DNA of 62,033 nucleotides, filler included. It is 3 parts of 3 records of this genome, joined end to end, with 100 filler letters (N's around TTAATTAATTAA, not from the genome) between each part and the next. Parts side by side here need not be neighbours in the genome. Positions count along the whole stretch, not along the records: positions 33,313 to 62,033 come from DRR378314_238; 2 more parts are not named here. One strand, given 5' to 3'. Positions 40,601 through 48,246 of this stretch are shown in pieces. Positions within the stretch are counted from its first letter, which is position 1, and every line of letters starts with the position of its first letter. The notes below the pieces were generated by a model. The model made no database searches. It worked only from the letters and a program-made list of their open reading frames with translations, and had not been told where the DNA came from. A program made the translations under genes and the position numbers.

Positions 40601-40826
40601 CAGCTTCAGGAGTATGCAATTGAAGGTCGGCCTTTATTTTAGCCTTATCGGGGCCATGGCATATAAAACATTTATCCGAAAGAATGGGCTTTACATGTAG
40701 ATTGAAATCCACTTTCTTAGGTAATTTATCATATTCAAGAGATACCAATTCAGGTATTTCCGGACCTCCACAGGAAAAAAATAATAAAACCCAAGTGAAA
40801 ATTAAAAGCTTCTTAATTATTACCAT
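37602..40826 (-). CDS. PSD1/PSCyt lipoprotein: cytochrome c + DUF1549 + LamG + DUF1553
   Basis: Lipobox LFFSC; CFICHGPD and CARCHDHKYDP heme motifs; HWAF, RRLYLDLTGLPP; central LamG-like beta-sandwich; ARVAVNRFW, DFG.QG, RRSMY, TPLQAL. Confidence 0.9.
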   Translation of the reverse strand: MVIIKKLLIFTWVLLFFSCGGPEIPELVSLEYDKLPKKVDFNLHVKPILSDKCFICHGPDKAKIKADLQLHTPEAAYKELKESPGKFALKPGNLNKSEVFHRIMSDDPNYVMPEPDSHLSLSDHEKAILIKWIEQGAEYKDHWAFIKPKEYDVPKVQDKAGLVQNPIDNFVLARLEQDKLEFSPKADKELLLRRLYLDLTGLPPTLEEMDSFMKDPSPEAYEKVVDKLLDSPHYGEQMALDWMDLSRFADTHGYSVDRYRDMSPWRDWVIDAFNKNMSYEQFITWQMAGDLIENPTRETILATAFNRVHPQNMEGGIVSEEFLVEYAVDRASTAGQAFMGLTVACARCHDHKYDPISHKDFYELTSFFNNVNESGQISWNDATPVPTLMLTTEEEEKVLSYMESLIEETEGEIKKMEEEEVAVNFDKWLLEEQYQSLDIKIPSNGLKAYFNLNDQSLQNVINPKHRGTMKREGTEGQKINLSEGKQGKGVLLDGDTWLDLRKAAVFGRNDAFSIGLWANIPSNIENGNIFHKGDGAILYNWRGYHLKIVDNKLELMMAHTAPNNAIVELTKEGFPRDEWVHFAITYNGSSKAEGYRLFVNGKEMETTVKTDNLYKDILFRNNNEPGLQLGARLRGKGIKGAVVDEIRVYDRDLSAVEVMQLANNPLLNELLKREKASLASNDKKLLQEHYLKSVSQATKLQHHKLAELRKSYVDSVEKVKEVMVMEETPEPVPSYILDRGVYNARGEEVFPNTPKAILPMPEDYPKNRLGFAQWLFHEDHPLTARVAVNRFWQHYFGYGLVKTSEDFGNQGEMPSHAKLLDWLALEFRDSGWDVKAFQKLIVMSHTYQQSSMVSEELMEMDIDNRLLARGPSKRLSGEMLRDNALASSGLLNKTIGGESVSPYQPEGLWRVNNATYRQDTGDKLYRRSMYTIWKRSVPHPTLATFDAPARDVCTIQRQETNTPLQALVLLNDPTYIEASRVLGKRMSDLGDLKLAISNVFRQLTGRKIKEDELQLLVELQENEYKKFAANLERTKGWLNTGEFKLENGDDKALVAANAVVANTIMNADACITKR

Positions 40827-40853
40827 ATTCGACCTATCTATTTGCTACCTTTT

Positions 40854-40861
40854 CAAAGATA
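40854..40861 (-). promoter_or_regulatory. Bacteroidota -7 promoter element for the PSD1/DUF1501 operon
   Basis: TATCTTTG matches TAnnTTTG, 27 nt upstream of ATG 40826; no well-spaced -33 TTTG. Confidence 0.55.
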
Positions 40862-41040
40862 AAATTTAAGGATTCATAACGCAGGTCCAAATCAGTTTAA
40901 GTATTGCACATTTCCGACATTAACATCCTGCCAAAACCTATTCCTTAATATAAAATTTATTAAATTAGTAGTGAATTAATCGGTTTTTGGATAAACATAT
41001 ATTGATTAATACTGTTCTAAATCCGACAAAAAACTGAGCT

Positions 41041-41910
41041 ATGTCCAAAATTCTTCAATCCCTAAAATTAGCCCTATTGAATGTAGGTTATGCAAAACTT
41101 GGTCCCCTGTGGGATTATGATGATGTTATTAGCCCATTCATCAGACTATATTACATTACTGAGGGAAGCGCCATGGTTTATCACAGCAATGAAGCAATTG
41201 AATTGAAACCTGGGCATATATACATCATCCCAAGCTATACCTTTGGCAGATACAAATGTGATGAATATCACGAACAATATTATATCAGTTGTTTGGAAGA
41301 GATAAAAAATGGCTATTCCATATTTAATTTTAGCAGTTTTATTTTCGAGTCAAAAGCCAATCCAATGGACTTGTATTATTTTAAGCGCTTGTTGGAACTA
41401 AATCCGAATAGGCAGTTGGAAAATAACAACCCAAAAGTATATGACAACAGACCCACCTTGATGGATTTTGAAAAGAGGAACGAAGAATTAAGTCCTTCGG
41501 CCTATATGGAAACCCATGCCATTTTGGAGATATTGATATCCAGGTTTATAAAGGATATGAACACCCAATCCACTAAGAGTAATGTGAAAAAAGAATTTGG
41601 TATGGTCTTAAACTATATCCATGAAAATCTCCACGAAAATTTGACCGTGAAGCAGCTGGCCGACTTTTGCCATCTAAATACAGATTATTTTTCAAGGGTC
41701 TTCAATGAAAGTTTTGGCATGCGCCCCAATAAATACATTCAATCCAAACGTATAGAAAGAGCACAATTGCTATTGCTTTCCACCAACAATTCCCTGAAGC
41801 AAATTGCAGAAAAAGTGGGATTGGAAAATCTCTCCTATTTCAATAGGATCTTTAAGAGTCATACCGGGGTAACGCCAGGAATTTTTAGGGAAGAGCGATT
41901 GCAAAAATAA
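41041..41910 (+). CDS. AraC-family transcriptional regulator
   Basis: N-terminal cupin-like sensor; C-terminal double HTH (YFSRVF, RIERAQLLL, YFNRIFK..GVTP). Confidence 0.93.
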   Translation: MSKILQSLKLALLNVGYAKLGPLWDYDDVISPFIRLYYITEGSAMVYHSNEAIELKPGHIYIIPSYTFGRYKCDEYHEQYYISCLEEIKNGYSIFNFSSFIFESKANPMDLYYFKRLLELNPNRQLENNNPKVYDNRPTLMDFEKRNEELSPSAYMETHAILEILISRFIKDMNTQSTKSNVKKEFGMVLNYIHENLHENLTVKQLADFCHLNTDYFSRVFNESFGMRPNKYIQSKRIERAQLLLLSTNNSLKQIAEKVGLENLSYFNRIFKSHTGVTPGIFREERLQK

Positions 41911-42024
41911 TATTGCACACGCGCCCACCCATACATTTCAGAACCAAGGATTATCACAATACAAATAAATCCAGAAATATAAATTCAATAAAAGAGCCAA
42001 TCCAAATATCTGGAGTAGGCATCC

Positions 42025-42573
42025 CTATCCTTTGGCAAAGACCAAATCGAAATCGATAGTAACATTATCGCCCACTATTATTTGACCGAACATTGCCGTT
42101 GGCGGCTCCATATCGTAATCCTGCAATTTTATCTCCTTGCTTCCCTTTAACATATATTTCCCGCCAACTTCCTGAAATTCCGATGTTATTTCCACCGCTT
42201 TTTCAACACCGGCAATATTAAGCATCCCATGAATCTTAAAAGTATTTTCCGAATCGGCGGTTTTCTTTATTTCCTGAAATTTAAAGGACACTTCAGGATG
42301 CTCTTCCATCTTCAGTGCAGCATGCATCTTTTTATCCATCGCCGCCCCACGTTCACTTTTAATTTGGGCCACCTCCACTTGAAACAAGAGATTATTTACA
42401 ACACCAGCCTTCACTTTCATGGATCCCTTCATTGAATTGGCCGTTACGGTCCAATCATGAATGGTAGACGAACCATTAATTTTGAGGACACTTTCTTTGG
42501 ACAGCGTATATGATTCTTGGGCATAACTGGCTAAAACCAGAAATGATAATAGTATGAACAGTGTATTTTTCAT
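42025..42573 (-). CDS. YceI-family lipid/isoprenoid-binding protein
   Basis: Signal peptide; GSSTIHDW, MDKKMH.AL...HP, G.LNIAGV and M.PPTAMFG motifs. Confidence 0.88.
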   Translation of the reverse strand: MKNTLFILLSFLVLASYAQESYTLSKESVLKINGSSTIHDWTVTANSMKGSMKVKAGVVNNLLFQVEVAQIKSERGAAMDKKMHAALKMEEHPEVSFKFQEIKKTADSENTFKIHGMLNIAGVEKAVEITSEFQEVGGKYMLKGSKEIKLQDYDMEPPTAMFGQIIVGDNVTIDFDLVFAKG

Positions 42574-42619
42574 GTGCTAAATTTAATGATTTGTTTTCAA
42601 AAGGTTTCTACGGTTGTTC

Positions 42620-43651
42620 CTACTCGTCCAGCACAATTTGCCAAAACTGTTTTTGCTCCTCTTTTGAAGGCTGAACTTTAGGACTCACCAATCTAAATCC
42701 AATAAAGTTGGAATCCGTGTTCCACCAAAAACTTTTTGGGATCTGTGGATCCCTTTTTTGTAATTTTAAGCTGGACGCGATCCTGGCAGACGACCTAAGT
42801 GTCTTTGCGTCATCGTCCCAAGACCCTCCTTTGATTACCCTGGGATGTATAACGGTAGGTTTTACCCAAGGGTTCTTGGATTCGGTAATAGCCAAGGCAT
42901 TTTCCTTGTATTCATCCAAAGTCCATTCCGAGACATTTCCGTGCATATCATACAATCCCCAAGGATTTGGCAGTTTGCTTCCCACCTTGGCATAATGATT
43001 ATCGGAGTTTTTATAATACACGGCATATTCATCAATTTTGGAAATATCATCACCAAAGGAATAGGCCGTACTAGTCCCGGCTTTGGCGGCGTATTCCCAT
43101 TCCGCTTCTGTTGGCAATCTATAGAACCTGCCTGTAACGGTACTCAACCACTTACAGAATACCAAGGCGGAATACGCGGACATACTTATGGCAGGATACC
43201 CAACCTTTCCCATACCATAGGAAGGATCCTCGTAGGGAGGACTGGGCCTTGTAATGGCATCTATGCCTTTTAACTTGTCAGCTTCCAAGTTCTCGAACAA
43301 ATTTTTATTCTGCTTAAAGAAAAGCTCAAAAACCTCCCAACCCAGTTCATATTTCCCCATATAAAAGGCATCCAATTCCACAGTCTTCATTGGCCCTTCA
43401 TCGGCCTTTCTGTTTACTTGGTTTTCTGGGCTTCCCATCATAAATGTCCCTTCGGGTATCAATACCATATCAAAAGAAATATCGGTAGCCGGAATTTTCT
43501 CAGTAAAGGCCTCGCTGGCGGATGTTTTGTTATCCGTTTCGGCCACAACCGCCTGTGCCGATTTACAGGACTGCAAGGAAATCAACAAGAAACATAGTGA
43601 AAGAAAATTAAATAGATGCAGATTAAATAATCTAGAGGTAAGTTTTAGCAT
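42620..43651 (-). CDS. FGE/SUMF1-domain lipoprotein
   Basis: Lipobox LQSC; FMMGSP, YRLPTEAEWEYA, PNPWGLYDMHGNVSEW, KGGSW, IGFR. Start placed at ATG 43651. Confidence 0.85.
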   Translation of the reverse strand: MLKLTSRLFNLHLFNFLSLCFLLISLQSCKSAQAVVAETDNKTSASEAFTEKIPATDISFDMVLIPEGTFMMGSPENQVNRKADEGPMKTVELDAFYMGKYELGWEVFELFFKQNKNLFENLEADKLKGIDAITRPSPPYEDPSYGMGKVGYPAISMSAYSALVFCKWLSTVTGRFYRLPTEAEWEYAAKAGTSTAYSFGDDISKIDEYAVYYKNSDNHYAKVGSKLPNPWGLYDMHGNVSEWTLDEYKENALAITESKNPWVKPTVIHPRVIKGGSWDDDAKTLRSSARIASSLKLQKRDPQIPKSFWWNTDSNFIGFRLVSPKVQPSKEEQKQFWQIVLDE

Positions 43652-43812
43652 TTGATAAATTAGTTTAGGTTGATGGGCTAAAAATATTACAATTTTTCTA
43701 AAGAGCCATCCATATGACATAATATACCTCCAAAACTCAAAATTTATAAGGTTATAACCCCTAAAACACCTATTAATTTTTGTATTATTGAATATCAAAA
43801 AACTACACTGTC

Positions 43813-46527
43813 ATGAGAATAAAAATCATATCTCTTATACTAGTCTTCCTGATTTGCAATAGTCTTTCCTATGGGCAATTACAAAAAATAGCCTCTGTGG
43901 AAGGAATAACGGAGTACCAAATGGATAATGGCCTTAAAGTACTTCTATTTCCCGATAATTCGTCACAGACCATAACGGTCAATATTACCTATCTGGTAGG
44001 GTCCAGACATGAAGGTTATGGAGAAAAAGGCATGGCCCACCTTTTGGAACACATGGTTTTTAAAGGTACCCCCAACCATCCGGATATTCCCAAAGAGTTG
44101 AGCTCGCATGGTGCGCGCCCCAATGGAACCACCTGGTTCGACAGGACCAATTACTTTGAAACCTTTAATGCCACTGATGAAAACTTGGATTGGGCCTTGG
44201 ACCTGGAGGCCGATCGAATGGTGAATTCCTATATAGCCAAAAAAGATTTGGAATCAGAATTCAGTGTGGTGCGCAATGAATTTGAAAGTGGCGAAAACGA
44301 CCCATCACGCGTTCTTATGCAGAACGTTATCAATGCCGGTTTTATATGGCACAACTATGGTAACAGCACTATTGGAAATAGATCCGATATAGAACGTGTT
44401 CCCATTGAAAACCTACAGGCATTTTATAAAAAATTCTACCGTCCGGACAATGCCGTTTTAATGGTTACGGGCAAATTCGATGAAGCCAAAACACTGGACT
44501 TGATCGAAAAAAAGTTTGGTAAAATTGAAAAACCAACCACTCCATTAAGGGACTCCTATACCGAGGAACCGGCACAGGATGGCGAAAAAACGGTACATCT
44601 CAATCGCGTTGGCGATCTACAGATAGTATCCACCATGTATCATACCCCGGCAGGCTCACATGAGGATTATGCCGCCATTTCCATTATTGAAGATGTACTG
44701 GCAGACGAACCCTCGGGAAGGCTCTACAAAGCCTTGATCGAGACAAATAAAGCCTCCTCTATATGGTCTTTCTCCCCTTTTACCAAAGAACCGGGTTTTT
44801 TATATATCAACGTAGATGTACCTTCGGACAAGAATGCCGACGAAGTGGAAAAAGTACTAAAGGAAACTTTGGATGCCGTAAAAACCACACCCATAACCCA
44901 AGAGGAACTGGATCGAGCCAAAGCCAATCTTTTAAAACGAACCGATCAAATCTTTAGAAATTCTTCCTACTTAGGAACCTATATGAGTGAATTTATTGGT
45001 GCTGGTGATTGGCGATTGGCATTTATACAGCGGGATAGAATTGAAAATGCCAGTCTTGAAACCGTAAATGAAGTTGCCAAGAAATACCTGATTACCACAA
45101 ATAGAACCATAGGCCGATTTAATCCTACCAAAAAGCCCGAAAGAATAGAAATTGAACATACGCAAAATCTTGATGCCCTTGTATCAAACTATAAAGGCAA
45201 GGAGGACATGGGTACAGGTGAGGCCTTCGATGTTTCCTATGATGCCATACAATCCAGATTGGACCAAGGCCAACTTTCCAATGGCATTGCCTACGGTATT
45301 ATAAAAAAGAGCAACCGCGGCAAAACCGTCCGACTTAGTTTTAGCATTAGAAACGGAAATGAGGAATCGCTTAAGAACAAAGGGGTTATCCCCTCTTTTA
45401 CCGCTAGTCTACTTAACAAGGGTACCCGCTCCAAGTCCAGGCAACAGATCGAGGACGAATTGAGCAAACTAAAATCTTCGGTATCCTTTAGAGCCAGTAA
45501 TGGGAATGTTTATGCCAATGTAGTTTCTACCGAAGAAAACCTGATGGCCACCTTGGCCCTAATGTCGGAAATGCTCAAAACCCCTTCCTTCGAGGCCTCG
45601 GAATTGGAAAAATTAAAAACAGAGTCCTTGGCATATTTGGAAAGTAATAAGACAGAACCACAATTTTTGGCTTCTAAAAGACTATCCGTAATAAACAATA
45701 CATTTCCCAAGGGACATCCTTTATATGCCATGACCGTTGAGGAAGAGGAGGCCGCCATAAGGGCGATCACCGTAGAGGACATTAAAAGCTTCCACAAGGC
45801 ATTTTATGGTTTGGGCAAATCCATTCTGGTAGGTATAGGGGATATGCAGCCGGAGCAAATAAAAACCTATATGCAAAAAGAGTATGCCAACTTCAAGAGC
45901 AAAAATACCTACGCCAGGCTAAAAGATCCTTTTACCGAATCCCCGGAAGTAAATGAAGACATTCTTACCCCAGACAAGAAGAATGCTATGACGCTTGGAA
46001 ACCTTAACGTTAAAATTAGTCAAGAGGATGAAGATTATGCCGCGTTAAATATGGCAGCCACCATACTGGGAGGCGGTTTTCTTAATTCGAGGATTGCGGA
46101 CAGGTTAAGACAGAAGGACGGCGTTAGTTATGGTGCAGGTGCCGGATTCCAAGCAGATTACAATGCGGACGACCAAAATTCATCCATGTACCTCTACGCC
46201 ATATACGCCCCGGAGAACTATGACAAGGTACAATTAGGCTTTAAGGAGGAATTGGATCGTTTTATTAAAGACGGAATTACGGAGGAAGAATTGAAGAATG
46301 CCGTAAACGGCTGGGTGCAGGAGGAAAATGTTTCCAGAGCAAAAGATGCCGAACTGGCCGGCCTGGTAAACAACAACATTTATTACAATCGCACCATGGA
46401 ATTCCAAAAAAACTTGGAAGAAAAAGTGAAGAGTCTAACTGTAAGCGATATCAACAATGCCATTCTTAAATACATTAAACCCTATAAGAATTGGACGGTA
46501 ATCAACGCCGGGGACTACAAGAAATAA
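43813..46527 (+). CDS. M16-family zinc metallopeptidase (PqqL-like)
   Basis: Signal peptide; inverted zinc motif HLLEH, NGTT.FDRTNY, VVRNE; C-terminal RLRQK.G.SY. Confidence 0.93.
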   Translation: MRIKIISLILVFLICNSLSYGQLQKIASVEGITEYQMDNGLKVLLFPDNSSQTITVNITYLVGSRHEGYGEKGMAHLLEHMVFKGTPNHPDIPKELSSHGARPNGTTWFDRTNYFETFNATDENLDWALDLEADRMVNSYIAKKDLESEFSVVRNEFESGENDPSRVLMQNVINAGFIWHNYGNSTIGNRSDIERVPIENLQAFYKKFYRPDNAVLMVTGKFDEAKTLDLIEKKFGKIEKPTTPLRDSYTEEPAQDGEKTVHLNRVGDLQIVSTMYHTPAGSHEDYAAISIIEDVLADEPSGRLYKALIETNKASSIWSFSPFTKEPGFLYINVDVPSDKNADEVEKVLKETLDAVKTTPITQEELDRAKANLLKRTDQIFRNSSYLGTYMSEFIGAGDWRLAFIQRDRIENASLETVNEVAKKYLITTNRTIGRFNPTKKPERIEIEHTQNLDALVSNYKGKEDMGTGEAFDVSYDAIQSRLDQGQLSNGIAYGIIKKSNRGKTVRLSFSIRNGNEESLKNKGVIPSFTASLLNKGTRSKSRQQIEDELSKLKSSVSFRASNGNVYANVVSTEENLMATLALMSEMLKTPSFEASELEKLKTESLAYLESNKTEPQFLASKRLSVINNTFPKGHPLYAMTVEEEEAAIRAITVEDIKSFHKAFYGLGKSILVGIGDMQPEQIKTYMQKEYANFKSKNTYARLKDPFTESPEVNEDILTPDKKNAMTLGNLNVKISQEDEDYAALNMAATILGGGFLNSRIADRLRQKDGVSYGAGAGFQADYNADDQNSSMYLYAIYAPENYDKVQLGFKEELDRFIKDGITEEELKNAVNGWVQEENVSRAKDAELAGLVNNNIYYNRTMEFQKNLEEKVKSLTVSDINNAILKYIKPYKNWTVINAGDYKK

Positions 46528-46556
46528 GCATAAACTATTTTACCTGCTTCTAATTG

Positions 46557-46596
46557 GACAGTTTAAAAACCAACATTTTTAGACTGTCTTTTTTTT
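46557..46596 (+). terminator. Rho-independent terminator after the M16 peptidase
   Basis: GACAGTTTAAAAA...TTTTTAGACTGTC stem followed by T8. Confidence 0.8.
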
Positions 46597-46621
46597 GAAG
46601 GAAATCGGTCTGCCGAACATA

Positions 46622-46804
46622 TTACTGGCCAATATCCAAAGCCTCAAATGCAATTAGCTCCCCCTCGTCAAAAACCGGTGTAACCGAGATAGGATTACAA
46701 CAAACCTCACAATCTTCCACATAGGTCTGTCGGGAAATGGAAGGATCCAAAAGCATGGATATTTCTTCCCAGCAATAGGGACACTGAAAGAAGTGTTCGT
46801 ACAT
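46622..46804 (-). CDS. CPXCG-motif cysteine-rich small protein (Zn-ribbon-like)
   Basis: CPYC and EDCEVCCNP motifs, 60 aa. Confidence 0.85.
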   Translation of the reverse strand: MYEHFFQCPYCWEEISMLLDPSISRQTYVEDCEVCCNPISVTPVFDEGELIAFEALDIGQ

Positions 46805-46881
46805 GGATCAATAGTTTAATTACTTAAACTTTCTAGCTATTATTGAGAGCTTTGCTCCAATTGGAAATGAATATAATTGGA

Positions 46882-48246
46882 TTAAAATTCTACCGATAAC
46901 AACTGTCCTGTTAATTGTAACAGCTGTAATTCGGCCAACTTGGCATCGTATTTGGCCAAATTCTTATTGGTCTGGGCGTTGAGCAGGTTTATTTGTGCCT
47001 GCCTAAATTCTATGGACGTTATCCGTCCCAATTGAAATTGTTCCTTGGACCGCTCAAAATTATTTTGGTTGGTCACTACGTTCTGTTCCTGGATTTTAAA
47101 TATCTGCAACCTGTTCTCATAGATCCCCAAGGCATTTAAAATATCCCTATCCACTTCAAGTATTACCTGTTCCTTGAATATTTCCTGATTTTCATAAGCT
47201 ATTTTGGCATTTTTAACCCTTACGGTTGTACCGCCACCATCGAACAAATTCCATGTAAGACTGGCCCCCAATGCAAAATTTAAACTGTTCCTATTGCTTC
47301 CAGGTATAATTTGTCCCGGAAGAAATGAGGTGGCAGCACTTTGGTTCAAATTCCACCCATAGCTACCGCTTAGCCCCAAAGTAGGCAGATATCCAGATCT
47401 GTTGACCTTAATATCATACTCGTTTATGGCCATATTGCGCTCTGTTTGAAGTATGGCCACATTGTTTTCTTTCGATTGGGCAATATAATCCTCCAACTGT
47501 AATTTAGGAATAAAACTCACCAAGGTATCCACTACGAATATTTCATTGAGATTTTGATCGAGAACCACATTTAAATCCCTTTTTGCATTGGCCAAGTTCT
47601 GCTGAACGTTCATTAAACTAATACTATCATTGGTAACATCTACCTGGGCATTAAGGATATCCAATTTTGTATTCTGTCCATATTCAAAGGAATATTCCGC
47701 CCTTTTGATCCGGTCTTTGGAAATTTCCAAGGCCTGCCTTAGAACATTCTCGTTTTCGGTAAGCCTGGCAATTTCATAATACACACTAAATAATTGGAGA
47801 ATAGTATTTTCTATGGTTTCCCTAGCTTGTAATTCTGATAATTGATACTGCTCTTTTAATCGCTTAAAATTATAGAGTCTGCCCATACCATCAAACAGCG
47901 TATAGTCTAAACGAAGAGCGGCATTGTAGGATTGTGATTCAGCATCATTGATCTCCAAATCTGGCCTGGGGCTCCCATTGGATTCAAATTGACCAGGGTA
48001 CTCCGTATTACTGTTCAATTCGTTATACGTGGCACCAGCTGTACCCGTAAGGGAAGGCAAGTAACCAGAGTTGAGGATACCCGCATTATTATCCGCAATG
48101 GCCACCTGATTTTTGGCCACCTTAATTCCAAAATTGTTTTCCAAGGCCAATGATACAGCTGCATCTTTGGACAATAACCTCTCCTGAGCACTTACAACTC
48201 CGCAAAAACCAATTAGCAGGCCTGCGATTATATATTTATATCCCAT
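46882..48246 (-). CDS. TolC-family outer membrane efflux protein
   Basis: Signal peptide, ALENN, YLP.L, LFDG, G.ITSIEFRQAQ; last gene of the RND operon. Confidence 0.92.
   Translation of the reverse strand: MGYKYIIAGLLIGFCGVVSAQERLLSKDAAVSLALENNFGIKVAKNQVAIADNNAGILNSGYLPSLTGTAGATYNELNSNTEYPGQFESNGSPRPDLEINDAESQSYNAALRLDYTLFDGMGRLYNFKRLKEQYQLSELQARETIENTILQLFSVYYEIARLTENENVLRQALEISKDRIKRAEYSFEYGQNTKLDILNAQVDVTNDSISLMNVQQNLANAKRDLNVVLDQNLNEIFVVDTLVSFIPKLQLEDYIAQSKENNVAILQTERNMAINEYDIKVNRSGYLPTLGLSGSYGWNLNQSAATSFLPGQIIPGSNRNSLNFALGASLTWNLFDGGGTTVRVKNAKIAYENQEIFKEQVILEVDRDILNALGIYENRLQIFKIQEQNVVTNQNNFERSKEQFQLGRITSIEFRQAQINLLNAQTNKNLAKYDAKLAELQLLQLTGQLLSVEF

Noticed and set aside
42620-43651. 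FGE-domain gene as maturase for the neighbouring DUF1501 'sulfatase'
   Set aside because: The FGE catalytic cysteines are absent and the DUF1501 protein shows no CxPxR/SxPxR sulfatase motif.
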